Below are positions 34,296-44,197 of a stretch of 46,908 bases of DNA, piece by piece. The notes below the pieces were generated by a model. It made no database searches and was not told the origin of the DNA. It worked only from the letters and a program-made list of their open reading frames with translations. Origin of the DNA: a virus (Duplodnaviria; Heunggongvirae; Uroviricota; Caudoviricetes); IMG/VR virus record IMGVR_UViG_3300008255_000105. The stretch is one strand, 5' to 3'. The stretch's first letter is position 1; each line of letters starts with the position of its first letter. The translations under genes and the position numbers were made by a program.

Positions 34296-34889
34296 CTAAT
34301 TTACCTTCTCTATCGCACCAATATATTCAGTAACCATTCTAACTCTTTCTCCAACACTAATTGCTGGTAAAGATAGATAATTAATTTTATGTATATCAAA
34401 AAAAGATGTTATCGAATTATGGATATCTTTAACATCTTTTTTTGATTGGAATCTTAATCCATCATCATCATATTCAAGTGGTTCACAGTAAATAATAAAT
34501 GAATAATCAAAAAGAGATTTTAGTGCATTCTTATAAAGCTCTGATAAAACACCAAGTTCTGCTTCTCTTCTGTCTGTCCTACACAATAGTTTTGATGCAT
34601 AGAACCAAGACAAGAATCTTGGAGAAGAGCAGATTGCGACTTGATAAATAGATCTTATTTCATTCTCTCTTTCAAATTGTTTTGAGTAAATTACATATTG
34701 TTCAAAAATGCTTTTGGGTGGGCCATACTTCTCGACATATTCACGAGCATATTCATGGACCTTGTTGCTCGAATTAATTAAGACAGAATTTAAAGAATCT
34801 GCCAAGGTGTCTTTCCCGCTACTTGGTGGCCCTGCAATTCCTATGAAGATTTTTTCTTCACTGGTTAGATAATAATGGTTGCATTTCAT
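34296..34889 (-). CDS. NadR-like / AAA_28 P-loop kinase
   Basis: IAGPPSSGKDT, VHEYAREYVE, DDGLR; ATG 34889. Confidence 0.7.
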   Translation of the reverse strand: MKCNHYYLTSEEKIFIGIAGPPSSGKDTLADSLNSVLINSSNKVHEYAREYVEKYGPPKSIFEQYVIYSKQFERENEIRSIYQVAICSSPRFLSWFYASKLLCRTDRREAELGVLSELYKNALKSLFDYSFIIYCEPLEYDDDGLRFQSKKDVKDIHNSITSFFDIHKINYLSLPAISVGERVRMVTEYIGAIEKVN

Positions 34890-35196
34890 TTCGTTTATCA
34901 CTTTCCCATGTATAAATATTAATTTTACAATCATAAGATTTTTCACAAGCTCTAATAGAAGCAGAAATATCAGGCAGATACCCCCTATCAGAAGCAGCAA
35001 TGATAATGTTATCTGGATTTGATTCTTTAATTTTAGAAATTAAAAAAGTACAGATATCGTCTGCTTCAGAAATACTCATACCAAATTTAGAGATTATAAA
35101 AAAGAATTTATTTTTAAATAGAACATCTGGATTAAAATTAATCCCAGATGTTATTATAATCATAGTCTTTTCTGGATTTAATTCTTTTAAATGCAT
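34858..35196 (-). CDS. Hypothetical protein
   Basis: ATG 35196 (track start TTG lies in the terminator). Confidence 0.55.
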   Translation of the reverse strand: MHLKELNPEKTMIIITSGINFNPDVLFKNKFFFIISKFGMSISEADDICTFLISKIKESNPDNIIIAASDRGYLPDISASIRACEKSYDCKINIYTWESDKRNEMQPLLSNQ

Positions 35197-35212
35197 AATA
35201 AAAACTCCTAGC

Positions 35213-35251
35213 AAAAAAAACAACCAGGAGAAATTGCCCTGGTTGTTTTTT
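35213..35251. terminator. Bidirectional intrinsic terminator
   Basis: A8-CAACCAGG-N9-CCTGGTTG-T6. Confidence 0.75.
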
Positions 35252-35336
35252 CTTAATTCTTTAGTTTAAATCTGATGAAAAAATAATTTTCACCTCCTTG
35301 CTTTATCTATTTGATTTAAACTAAATAAATGAGTGT

Positions 35337-35693
35337 TTAATCTAAATACTCATTTGCTTGATCTTTATCTTCTTCTTCAAAGATTGGAAGGTGTGGTTTA
35401 ATCTTTTTTAATCTTTTCATTCTTCTTTTAAATTTTTTACTAACTCTATGCTTTTTTTCACTTTTTGAAATATGATAATCATTAATACATTTTCTTTTAC
35501 TTTTTAAAACATTTGAGACATCTTCTAGCATTTTCTTCATTTTTTGTTCATGCCCCATTTTACTATAATCTGGTTTCAAATATCTTTTGACATAATCATC
35601 AAATGTCATATTAAAATCACTATTCCCATAATCTCTTTTATCTCTCTGTTGCTTATTTCTATTGTTTTTGTATTTATACATTTTACAAAACAT
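35337..35693 (-). CDS. Basic protein, weakly ribosomal protein bS21-like in its C-terminal half
   Basis: QKMKKMLEDVSNVLKSKRKCINDYHISKSEKKHR resembles bS21 (A.RRFK...gil.e.r.re.yeKPSekRkR); by-eye match only. Confidence 0.35.
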   Translation of the reverse strand: MFCKMYKYKNNRNKQQRDKRDYGNSDFNMTFDDYVKRYLKPDYSKMGHEQKMKKMLEDVSNVLKSKRKCINDYHISKSEKKHRVSKKFKRRMKRLKKIKPHLPIFEEEDKDQANEYLD

Positions 35694-36261
35694 CCTTAAT
35701 CATTTTAATCACAAATTCCCACTCTAACCTAAAGATGTTAGAGCTATGTATTTCTTTAAGATATTCATTATGTTTCATCGGTAACAAAAATGAATAATCT
35801 ACTACCGTTGCCATTGATAAAGCAACTATTGCCCTATCATCTATATGTGCTCTTATACCGAATTCTTTTGCAATTTTATATTTATTTCTCGAAGTCTCGA
35901 AAAATATTTTTGGGTTGTTGAAGAATTTTCCCAGGCTTTCTGATGTTACATCAGAAAGACTTTTCATTCTAGCTGTAATAAAACAAATCTCTAATCCAGA
36001 TTCTATTAAATAATTTATATCATCAACTCTTGTTTGTGAAATTAGATCTAAATTTCTAAAAAAATCCTCATTTAAAATTGATAAGTCAATTTCTGGATCC
36101 CATCCAAAATGGTCTTTGACATGAGGGCAGGTTATATCATTGGAATGAATGTTGTCTGGAATTTTTCCAGATTCTTTTAATTTTGTTAACATAGATTCCA
36201 TGGTGTCAAAAACGACATCATCTAAATCTATACTAATATCGTATTTTTCCATTTTGATCAA
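35683..36261 (-). CDS. HAD-superfamily 5'(3')-nucleotidase-like
   Basis: IDLDDVV, FITAR, K, HIDDR. Confidence 0.8.
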   Translation of the reverse strand: MIKMEKYDISIDLDDVVFDTMESMLTKLKESGKIPDNIHSNDITCPHVKDHFGWDPEIDLSILNEDFFRNLDLISQTRVDDINYLIESGLEICFITARMKSLSDVTSESLGKFFNNPKIFFETSRNKYKIAKEFGIRAHIDDRAIVALSMATVVDYSFLLPMKHNEYLKEIHSSNIFRLEWEFVIKMIKDVL

Positions 36262-36446
36262 CTAGATCCTTTACCATAATCGTTTGAGTGGAACCCAGAA
36301 CCTATGAAACGAGGTGAGAAGGTTTGTAAAACCCGCTTATACTCTTTGCCATTTTTCTTAATAATATATTTCTCTTTGATATTTTTCCAAGAATCAATCA
36401 ACTCAATTGTGTCTCCATCTTTTGACTTATAAATATATACAGGCAT
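36258..36446 (-). CDS. FmdB-like small protein lacking the Cys ligands
   Basis: MPVYIY start and FIGSGFHSNDY end typical of FmdB family; no Cys. Confidence 0.5.
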   Translation of the reverse strand: MPVYIYKSKDGDTIELIDSWKNIKEKYIIKKNGKEYKRVLQTFSPRFIGSGFHSNDYGKGSS

Positions 36447-36481
36447 AACCTCTCAACCTCCGTTAGTATACTCCATCAATA

Positions 36482-37042
36482 TCATTTTCTTAGGATGGAT
36501 ATATTCTTTATGAAATTTTTGACACATAGATCTAATTTGTCTTCTTCATTTCTTAAAACTATATCAGCTAATTTTTTGTTCTGCATCTCTTCCGAGACTT
36601 TTAAAATTCTATCAGAAACATCCTCACCAGTTAAAGAGGCTCTTTTTTTCAACCTCTCAATAATATTTTCTGGTTCAATAAAAATAGAAAAAATATTAAA
36701 TTTATCACTAAAAATCTCTTTAATTTTTAAGACACCATTAATATCTACGATCATAATTATATCTTTTTGTAGAGGAGTTTCTTTGATTTCTGAAATCAGT
36801 GTTCCATAGTTGCAACCATCATAATTCGTTGTTTCCAAAAATTGATTATTAGCTTTTAATTCTTCAAACATTTCTTCTGAAATGAAATTATATGCATTTT
36901 CAGATTCGCCTAGCCTAATTTTCCTAGTTGTACATGTCTTTATCTTTTCAAGCCAATTAATTTGTTTTAAAGCTTCCTCAACAATCAATGTTTTTCCAGA
37001 TCCAGATGGGCCATAAACAAGGAAAATATTATTTTTATTCAT
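36482..37042 (-). CDS. gmk: Guanylate kinase
   Basis: GPSGSGKT, TTRKIRLGE, YNFIS, FLETTNYDGCNYGT, DINGV. Confidence 0.9.
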   Translation of the reverse strand: MNKNNIFLVYGPSGSGKTLIVEEALKQINWLEKIKTCTTRKIRLGESENAYNFISEEMFEELKANNQFLETTNYDGCNYGTLISEIKETPLQKDIIMIVDINGVLKIKEIFSDKFNIFSIFIEPENIIERLKKRASLTGEDVSDRILKVSEEMQNKKLADIVLRNEEDKLDLCVKNFIKNISILRK

Positions 37043-37043
37043 C

Positions 37044-37235
37044 CTAACCAGTTCTTTCTTGTTGATTTTGAATATCTTCAACGACGTAACCAAAAGAAGT
37101 TTGACTCATAAATTCGTGTTGACAATATGGACATTTTATTTTTAATTCTACCATTAACATAATGGTTGGAAGACCCTCTTTTTTTGGAATCATTCTGATT
37201 GGTTTTTTACAGTATTCGCATATCATAATTTTCAC
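37044..37235 (-). CDS. Small Zn-ribbon protein
   Basis: CEYC ... CPYC. Confidence 0.65.
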   Translation of the reverse strand: MKIMICEYCKKPIRMIPKKEGLPTIMLMVELKIKCPYCQHEFMSQTSFGYVVEDIQNQQERTG

Positions 37236-37284
37236 CCAAATAACTATTTCTCAAAATTAATACTCAATACCTTCCTATAACAAC

Positions 37285-37989
37285 CTATAACAACCTAATT
37301 AATTCCATGAATTTTTCTGGGATTATTCCATATCTAAAAAACTTTCTTTTTGAATTTCTGCTTATCTTAAAATTAGAATTTTTGTAAACATTTGATCCCT
37401 CAATAAGATTAATATCTAAAAAGCATCTAAATAAAGCCCATTCAAAAATATATTCAAAAATATTATAATTATCAAAGCTTTGATCTATTTTTTCAGAACA
37501 ATAAAAAATATCCTTATCAGGTAAATAAATTATATCTAACTCTTTCTCAAACCTTGAGGTTAATGCGTTCGTTAAATATCCCAATTGTTCTTTTGTTAAA
37601 ACAATGTCTATTTTAAAAAACTCATCTTTTGCAAAAACACTTATTCTACGAGACATATTTACTTGGTAGTTGTATGATGTTGTAGGCCCCCAAACTAAAT
37701 ATGGATTTCTCATTAAATATTTATTTGTTTTAAAATATAAATTCCTTATAAAGAATGATAATTCACCACTATCCAACAAATTGAAATATTTTTTACCATT
37801 ATTTTTATTTATAAATTCATCAAGCAAAATGTTGTCATTTTTTACTTCTTTTTTTTCATCACAAATATCTAAATTATCAAAAAAAGGTAGATATTTATTT
37901 TCTCGCAACAAACTATAAGGAACTACATCTTTTATTGTTCTATTAACAATATCGCCTGTTTTATTTTGCTGGTCGTCTCTTGACATCAT
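37285..37989 (-). CDS. Hypothetical protein
   Basis: ATG 37989 with GGAG RBS. Confidence 0.7.
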   Translation of the reverse strand: MMSRDDQQNKTGDIVNRTIKDVVPYSLLRENKYLPFFDNLDICDEKKEVKNDNILLDEFINKNNGKKYFNLLDSGELSFFIRNLYFKTNKYLMRNPYLVWGPTTSYNYQVNMSRRISVFAKDEFFKIDIVLTKEQLGYLTNALTSRFEKELDIIYLPDKDIFYCSEKIDQSFDNYNIFEYIFEWALFRCFLDINLIEGSNVYKNSNFKISRNSKRKFFRYGIIPEKFMELIRLL

Positions 37990-38035
37990 TGTCTCCGAAC
38001 CTCCGATGAATTTGAGAATAGCCCCTAACCAAAGC

Positions 38036-38065
38036 AATATGAGCTAGAAAAAACTAGCTCATATT
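38036..38065. terminator. Hairpin
   Basis: AATATGAGCTAG-A6-CTAGCTCATATT, 12-bp perfect. Confidence 0.6.
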
Positions 38066-38372
38066 ATTTCATATGCCACATGATTTTTAGTCCTTTCCTT
38101 TCTGCCCCCACTTGAAGGAGACATATTCGGATGGCCTACAAACACTCAAACATTTTAATGTAAATTAAAAAACAATATATTCAAAAACCTTTGATCTTCT
38201 TCAAGCATTTAAATTTTTCAAGATCAAAAGTAGCTTTTCGACTCTGATTATAAGTAAGAGCCTATTCAGCCATTGACACCATTTCCTAATGATGATTTAA
38301 TCATTAGCTTTTATGGCGCACCTCCATTATACCCCAACGCATCAACTTCGATGAAAGGAATTTTGGAAGAAT

Positions 38373-38813
38373 TTATATAATAAGATTATTAAAATCGTTG
38401 TTGGATATTTTTTCTTCAACAAAAGGGATATCATTAATTTTGTTTTTACCAATTAGAATTTGGTTTGACATCAATTTTATAAAAATCAAGTTTTCATAGT
38501 TGTTGCATTCTTCTATCTCAAATTTATATTCCTTAAATAAATTGCTTAAAAAATTACTTTCTTCGAATTTCCATAATTTAACATTAAAAGTTGGAATTAT
38601 TAAACAAGATTCTTTAATTTCTTTAATTGTTAAATTAATTATAATCCTATTTTTTTCTATTGATTCAATTTCTATAGGGGTTTGACCATTTTTTGTTTTT
38701 ATCCATTCTTCAAAAATGACCCAATTAATTTTAGATTTTTTAAAATCACTTATTTTATAATCTAAAATTTCAAATTTTGATTTTTTTGTTGAAAAATGTA
38801 TATTCGTTTCCAT
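38373..38813 (-). CDS. Hypothetical protein
   Basis: 146-aa ORF. Confidence 0.65.
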   Translation of the reverse strand: METNIHFSTKKSKFEILDYKISDFKKSKINWVIFEEWIKTKNGQTPIEIESIEKNRIIINLTIKEIKESCLIIPTFNVKLWKFEESNFLSNLFKEYKFEIEECNNYENLIFIKLMSNQILIGKNKINDIPFVEEKISNNDFNNLII

Positions 38814-38884
38814 GGTGTTTAACCTTCATTGGTTGATTATACTTCGAAAAGACAGGTCTTGGGGGTGGATTTTTAGTTATTTAA

Positions 38885-39061
38885 TTATTTAACAATTGAA
38901 ATATAATCTTCTAAACGAAAATCTGTGTTTTCATTTGATGTAGATATATCTTGAATAATATTATCTATAATTTTTGATGAGGCAAATTTACCCAATGATT
39001 TACATTGATCTGAAAGAATTTTCAAATCATTTACTAATTGTTTTTTAGAATTTTTTCCCAT
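38885..39061 (-). CDS. 58-aa protein absent from the ORF track
   Basis: MGKNSKKQLVNDLKILSDQCKSLGKFASSKIIDNIIQDISTSNENTDFRLEDYISIVK; ATG 2 nt after the upstream stop. Confidence 0.6.
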   Translation of the reverse strand: MGKNSKKQLVNDLKILSDQCKSLGKFASSKIIDNIIQDISTSNENTDFRLEDYISIVK

Positions 39062-39063
39062 TT

Positions 39064-39699
39064 TTATGTTCCGAGGCTAAAATCGGCTCTTGTTCTACAA
39101 TCGCCCTCTTTATTAACTGCTTCAAGGAGTTTATTCCCTGGTTGAAGTTCTCTTCCAATATTTCCGATTAAAACTTCTCCGCCCTCTTCATAAGGGTCTG
39201 GATCTAATGAGTTAGAGGTATATGCTTTTGCATCTTGGTCATATTCTGCATCTTTATAAACTTCATAAGAATCATTATCAAAACACATGCCACTTTCTTG
39301 TGGTTCTATAGCTTGGTGATATTGATAAACTATTTGATCATTTTCATAATCATGATCACCAACAACTGGAACTTCTCTATCTAATTTTGCGGTTTTAATA
39401 TTGAAAACATCCAAAAGATCAGAATCATCATCCGAGAGAGAATTTTCTAATTGATTCCATCCGTAGTATCCATTATCTTCTCTTAAAGAACTTTCTTTTT
39501 CTAAATCATCATCGATCACATCCATAACAGCTTCAATTATTTTCATGCTATTTTTATCAGAATTATCTTCTGTCACTCCAATGTTTGAAAGTTTTACAAT
39601 AGCCCTTTCTGCAATGCTACTTTTCATCTCTTTACTAGCATGATTATAGATATCTTTGATGATTTTATTTATATTGTCTCTTAAAACATTTTTCGGCAT
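39064..39699 (-). CDS. Hypothetical acidic protein
   Basis: 211-aa ORF, GGAG RBS. Confidence 0.7.
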   Translation of the reverse strand: MPKNVLRDNINKIIKDIYNHASKEMKSSIAERAIVKLSNIGVTEDNSDKNSMKIIEAVMDVIDDDLEKESSLREDNGYYGWNQLENSLSDDDSDLLDVFNIKTAKLDREVPVVGDHDYENDQIVYQYHQAIEPQESGMCFDNDSYEVYKDAEYDQDAKAYTSNSLDPDPYEEGGEVLIGNIGRELQPGNKLLEAVNKEGDCRTRADFSLGT

Positions 39700-39848
39700 A
39701 ACAATATCTCCCTATATCTAATCGTTTTCTCCCTCAAGTTCATTTTATCCTTTCTTTCTCCTAATTTCATCTAATTAATTAACATCTGTATATATTATTC
39801 AAAAGGTTTATGAAAAATTCCTGCGAATATTCAAAAGAGGTGAATTAA

Positions 39849-40169
39849 ATGAGTGAATTTATTATGATTTATGGAATTAAAGTCCCCTTCGAAAAAGCTT
39901 GTGATATTTATCATAATTGGTCTCATCGTAAAAGTAAAATTAGAAAAATAAGTGATTTTAATGGAAGAATGACAAATGCAAACGGATTGGTTTTTATGAA
40001 CTTTGATAATGAAAATGTTTTAATAGGAATTTTCGCACCAAAAGATCCATATAAAATCCCATTATTAACAAAAGAAGAACTAACAAAAAGGCTTATGGAG
40101 TTTGATCACTCCATAAGCCTTTTTGTTGTCAATTATTTTAATTTAAATCAAAATATAGAATGTGTGTAA
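39849..40169 (+). CDS. Hypothetical protein
   Basis: GAGGTG RBS, 106 aa. Confidence 0.6.
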   Translation: MSEFIMIYGIKVPFEKACDIYHNWSHRKSKIRKISDFNGRMTNANGLVFMNFDNENVLIGIFAPKDPYKIPLLTKEELTKRLMEFDHSISLFVVNYFNLNQNIECV

Positions 40170-40897
40170 CTAACACCAACAGTCGGTTTGACATAACTAT
40201 CTCTAATGTTATAGCTTGCGCCACCCCACAGAGATAAAGCGTTGTTGCTATCTGCCCATATTTTGTAGTCTAACCCGACAATCGGATTAACAGTTGTCAT
40301 ACCATTGGGGGAGACAACAAGCAACCCAGGGGCAAACCCTAGATCACCGGCTAGAGGCACAGTCCACGTCACACCAGCCCCGAGACCATCGTCAAGGGAG
40401 TAAGCCCCAAGAACGCCGAGCCCTTTGTTAGAGAGCCTGTCAGCCTCCTGTGAATACAATCTTGCACCGGGCGCTTGGGGGCTTGCAAACAACTTCATCA
40501 AATCAACACTCGCACAAATCCCATAACTAAATGAAGTTTTCGCATTTGAAGCATCTAGATTTTGAAGGACACCAACCATTGGTGTGATTCTTAGATAATC
40601 CAGATCTAAAATGCGATAACCCAAGAACGGACCCGTTGCAACTGCATTATCGCTTAAATCATAAACAACAGCCATGTTGAATGTTAGTTTTTGATTAAAA
40701 GCAAATGGCATTTCCCAGGTTAATCCTGGTTTCCCACTTCTTCCATCTTGAAGATAAGTCAACCCATAAGTTGAACCATCTTTGACGATTGAAATGGATT
40801 CTGCGGATGGTCCTCTTGAACCATCTGAATCATCTGCGAAAGACGCAGTTGAGAACAACATCAAACATGCTAAACAAAGCGCTTTGAGCATTTTCAT
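40148..40897 (-). CDS. Secreted outer-membrane beta-barrel-like protein
   Basis: Signal peptide ending ASFA, amphipathic Gly/aromatic strands, C-terminal VGVSYTHSIF. Confidence 0.6.
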   Translation of the reverse strand: MKMLKALCLACLMLFSTASFADDSDGSRGPSAESISIVKDGSTYGLTYLQDGRSGKPGLTWEMPFAFNQKLTFNMAVVYDLSDNAVATGPFLGYRILDLDYLRITPMVGVLQNLDASNAKTSFSYGICASVDLMKLFASPQAPGARLYSQEADRLSNKGLGVLGAYSLDDGLGAGVTWTVPLAGDLGFAPGLLVVSPNGMTTVNPIVGLDYKIWADSNNALSLWGGASYNIRDSYVKPTVGVSYTHSIF

Positions 40898-40913
40898 TTT
40901 CTTTTCCTTTCAA

Positions 40914-42218
40914 CTAAATCCCACGTAGATATTCTTGTGGAATTTCGAACGATTTCCCATACTTTTCTTCTATTTTTGCTCCCCTTGGAGTAAGTATCCA
41001 AAACCATTTTTTAGGATCTATTTTTGAGGTCGAAGGGCTTCCCCCATAACCATCTGTTAAAACAAATACAACATCAAAATCTTCTTTATAATCATTAAAA
41101 ATGAATTTTGTTAGATTAGCAAAAGAAGTTCCTCCACGACCATAAGCATAATGAGATTTAATATCAAATGGATGACATCTTGTATCAAAAAATAAAGCTT
41201 TAACATCAAAATCTGTTGAATGATTTCTTGCAATTGCTACAAATTCGTTGATTAATCTAGGTGAAATTGAACTAGACGTGTCAATTGCAAACAATAGAGA
41301 TAATTTAGATTGTGCTTCAGAAATTGTAATATAGGGTAAAATAATTTCAGGATAAACATAACTTAATTTTATGTTATATCTTCTCCAATTTTCATTAAAT
41401 TCTTCTTCAACTCTTTTACCAACTACTTTTTTAATTAAATTACGAAGAGAAAATTTATTCTCTTTCTTTTGAATTAAATGTTTTCTATTCCCTGGACCCA
41501 ACCCTCTTGATTTTAAGCTGTCGTTTAATTCCTCCATTTCTTTTTCTAATTTTTCCCAAATCTCTTCTGGAATATCTGACATAGAATCATGTTGATCATA
41601 AACTTTCGCTCCATTCACCTCAACAGATTCTATCTTGCCATCTTCTCCAACTTTTACAACGATTTCTCCACTTGAGCCATCAGAATTTGAAAAATTAAAA
41701 GATTCGCCACCAGATAAAGCTTTTTGAAACAAGATATCATATACTTTATCAGCAGACATTTGGTTGCAATTATACCCCAAAATCTTTTTCCCAGAATAAG
41801 CTCCTTCTGGAACTTTTATCTCTTTAAAATTCATAGTAATAATATCATTAACAACAATATCAGCAGCAATATTGAACAACTTTTTATCTTCAACAACATT
41901 CATAAATTGAGCATGATTTAACAATATATGAAAACTTTCATGCATTGAGATGAATTTAACTTCGCTATCATTCATTCTATCAAAAAAATTACTATTCCAA
42001 ACATATCTTATGCTATCAATAATTGGATCATATTCTATTTGTGCTGTTGGGCAATAGCTTGCATCATCAATGAAATATGGAGTCCCTGAATTATACACAA
42101 TATGTGAAAATTCGCTGTATGTTTCTCCTATTTCATCTAATAGATCAAAATATCTATTTCTTCTTTGAGTGTTTTTAAAAAGATTTTCTTCTGAAATTGG
42201 TTTTTCTTCTTCACTCAT
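40914..42218 (-). CDS. Metallopeptidase-like (HExxH) plus VWA domain protein (DUF2201-like)
   Basis: HESFHILLNH, NIAADIVVN, AIDTSSS, GRGGTSF, VLTDGY. Confidence 0.85.
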   Translation of the reverse strand: MSEEEKPISEENLFKNTQRRNRYFDLLDEIGETYSEFSHIVYNSGTPYFIDDASYCPTAQIEYDPIIDSIRYVWNSNFFDRMNDSEVKFISMHESFHILLNHAQFMNVVEDKKLFNIAADIVVNDIITMNFKEIKVPEGAYSGKKILGYNCNQMSADKVYDILFQKALSGGESFNFSNSDGSSGEIVVKVGEDGKIESVEVNGAKVYDQHDSMSDIPEEIWEKLEKEMEELNDSLKSRGLGPGNRKHLIQKKENKFSLRNLIKKVVGKRVEEEFNENWRRYNIKLSYVYPEIILPYITISEAQSKLSLLFAIDTSSSISPRLINEFVAIARNHSTDFDVKALFFDTRCHPFDIKSHYAYGRGGTSFANLTKFIFNDYKEDFDVVFVLTDGYGGSPSTSKIDPKKWFWILTPRGAKIEEKYGKSFEIPQEYLRGI

Positions 42219-42230
42219 TCTTAACCCCTA

Positions 42231-43229
42231 TCATGCAAATAAAATATCCATTGATTTTTTATTGTATTCCATTAAAATAGTTGGATTTATTCTAAATAGT
42301 TCTTTTCTAATTTCTTTATTATCCATTTGTCTAAATAGAATTTTTACAATATAATCATTTGGCATTTCAAATACAACATCTATGATATTAGCTAATTGAT
42401 TTGCGTTCAATGAATTTATAACTCTAACAGTATCTTGAAACTCTATACTTTTTTGTTTTGAAGAAGATAGAATTTCTTTGAACTTGTCTTTTTCTTTGAC
42501 AATATCACTAAATTTGACGCTACATCTTGCTGTTGATATAGAATCGGACAATTGTTTAATTGGTAATTTTACATCAAATGGATTTATATATGTTAGAGAC
42601 ATATTGTTGAAAATAGATTCTGTGATATAATCTAATCTTCTTGGAGAACAAGAAGCTTTTAATGAATCACTTAAACTATTCCACCATTCATAACAAACAA
42701 TAGATGACGCTGGATCATATTTCGATTCGAAATAGTTTGCATTAACATCATATGGAATATCAATTTGGATTGGGAATCTATCAAGCAAAGCTGGGTCTAA
42801 TTTTTCCGTCTGATAACTATCACTATCCCAAGGGTTAACAGCAGCCCAAACCATCTTCAAATTTGGTAGTATCTCACCATTCAAAGATTTGAACTGAATT
42901 ATCTCAAAAACAGCATTCATAACTCTTTTGTGAGCACGGTTTAATTCGTCAAAAAACATAAATTCTGCTTCGTTGATATCATCAGAACGAAGATATTTAA
43001 GCTTTCCATTAGTTGGCGCTGGGATCCCAACTAAATCTGCAAATGGATCGAGAGTAGAAGCAGAGAAATACTTCAGTCTGTAACCTTTATTTTTGGCTAC
43101 ATCAAGAACCATATGTGTTTTACCAGTTCCACACTCTCCCCTGAGTAAAACATTCCAATTATTTTCAGCCGATTCATCTAGTTGATTAGCGATATTATTA
43201 AAAGATTTTTTTGATGATTGAATAGACAT
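42231..43229 (-). CDS. MoxR-like AAA+ ATPase
   Basis: GECGTGKT, FFDELNRA, WAAVNP, LDPALLDRF. Confidence 0.85.
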   Translation of the reverse strand: MSIQSSKKSFNNIANQLDESAENNWNVLLRGECGTGKTHMVLDVAKNKGYRLKYFSASTLDPFADLVGIPAPTNGKLKYLRSDDINEAEFMFFDELNRAHKRVMNAVFEIIQFKSLNGEILPNLKMVWAAVNPWDSDSYQTEKLDPALLDRFPIQIDIPYDVNANYFESKYDPASSIVCYEWWNSLSDSLKASCSPRRLDYITESIFNNMSLTYINPFDVKLPIKQLSDSISTARCSVKFSDIVKEKDKFKEILSSSKQKSIEFQDTVRVINSLNANQLANIIDVVFEMPNDYIVKILFRQMDNKEIRKELFRINPTILMEYNKKSMDILFA

Positions 43230-43242
43230 ATTTTAAAACTCT

Positions 43243-44076
43243 CTAACCATTTGTTCTATCTTTTTTAGAATTTTCTAAAAAATTAACACCGATTTCTATA
43301 TCAGAAACTAAATCTACTAAATCTTCGTTTTCTTCTTCAACTTCAATGTTGTATTGAGAAATAACAAGATCTTTAAGTTTTTCAAAATTATATTTATAAA
43401 AAATGAATGAATTAACATCTACCTCTTCAATGATCGGAATTTGTAATGAATTTTTGGTCACAACAATTTGAAAAAGATCCAACCTTTGGAGTTGATCTTT
43501 TGTGTAGACTCTGTTCTCTCCATCAATTAATTTATCAAAATGGCTTAATTTTAATTTCGAAAGAGAGTTGTTAAAGATATGAGCTAGAATTTCAAAAGTG
43601 TGACTTCTTTTAGAAGTTAAAAAAACTTTATCTTTTGAAAGATCAAAGTTAAAGCCTCTCATGTATCTATTTAAAAAATAATTTAGACTTGCACACTCTT
43701 TTTCGTTTGAAGGAATAACTTCATATACTTTTTTGTCTACTAGTTTTATACTAGATATTGCGATATAGTTTAATAATCCAATTGTTGTCGCAGACCACTC
43801 TAAATAATCCGCACGATAAGAATTTGATTGATATTGATTCAAAACCTCTTGTGGGAATGTAAATGGGAAGATAGTATTCCCCCTTATATTTGTCGACCCA
43901 GATCGAACAACAATATCTTCTTTTAATTTAGGTTTTTGATTATCTTTGAATTTATATTTTCTGTTACCATAAGGTTCAGGTTCAATTCCATACTCTCTTT
44001 TTAAACATGATTTAGGAATATTTATTTGGTTTGATTTTAAAAAGAATTGTTTTCTTTCTTCAAGAAAAAACGACAT
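43243..44076 (-). CDS. Hypothetical protein
   Basis: 277-aa ORF. Confidence 0.7.
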   Translation of the reverse strand: MSFFLEERKQFFLKSNQINIPKSCLKREYGIEPEPYGNRKYKFKDNQKPKLKEDIVVRSGSTNIRGNTIFPFTFPQEVLNQYQSNSYRADYLEWSATTIGLLNYIAISSIKLVDKKVYEVIPSNEKECASLNYFLNRYMRGFNFDLSKDKVFLTSKRSHTFEILAHIFNNSLSKLKLSHFDKLIDGENRVYTKDQLQRLDLFQIVVTKNSLQIPIIEEVDVNSFIFYKYNFEKLKDLVISQYNIEVEEENEDLVDLVSDIEIGVNFLENSKKDRTNG

Positions 44077-44197
44077 ATTTTTCTCCTAGTTTGAATTTTC
44101 AATGTTTTTAATTGAAAAAATCGGTTGCGGTTGCATTATACGCACAGGTCACAGCAAAGGCCAAAAGAGGCACCTGGGGAAAGGTAGACAAAAAGTC

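Noticed and set aside
40914-43229. MoxR AAA+ and VWA-peptidase pair as a novel system
   Set aside because: A well-known gene pair in bacteria and large phages
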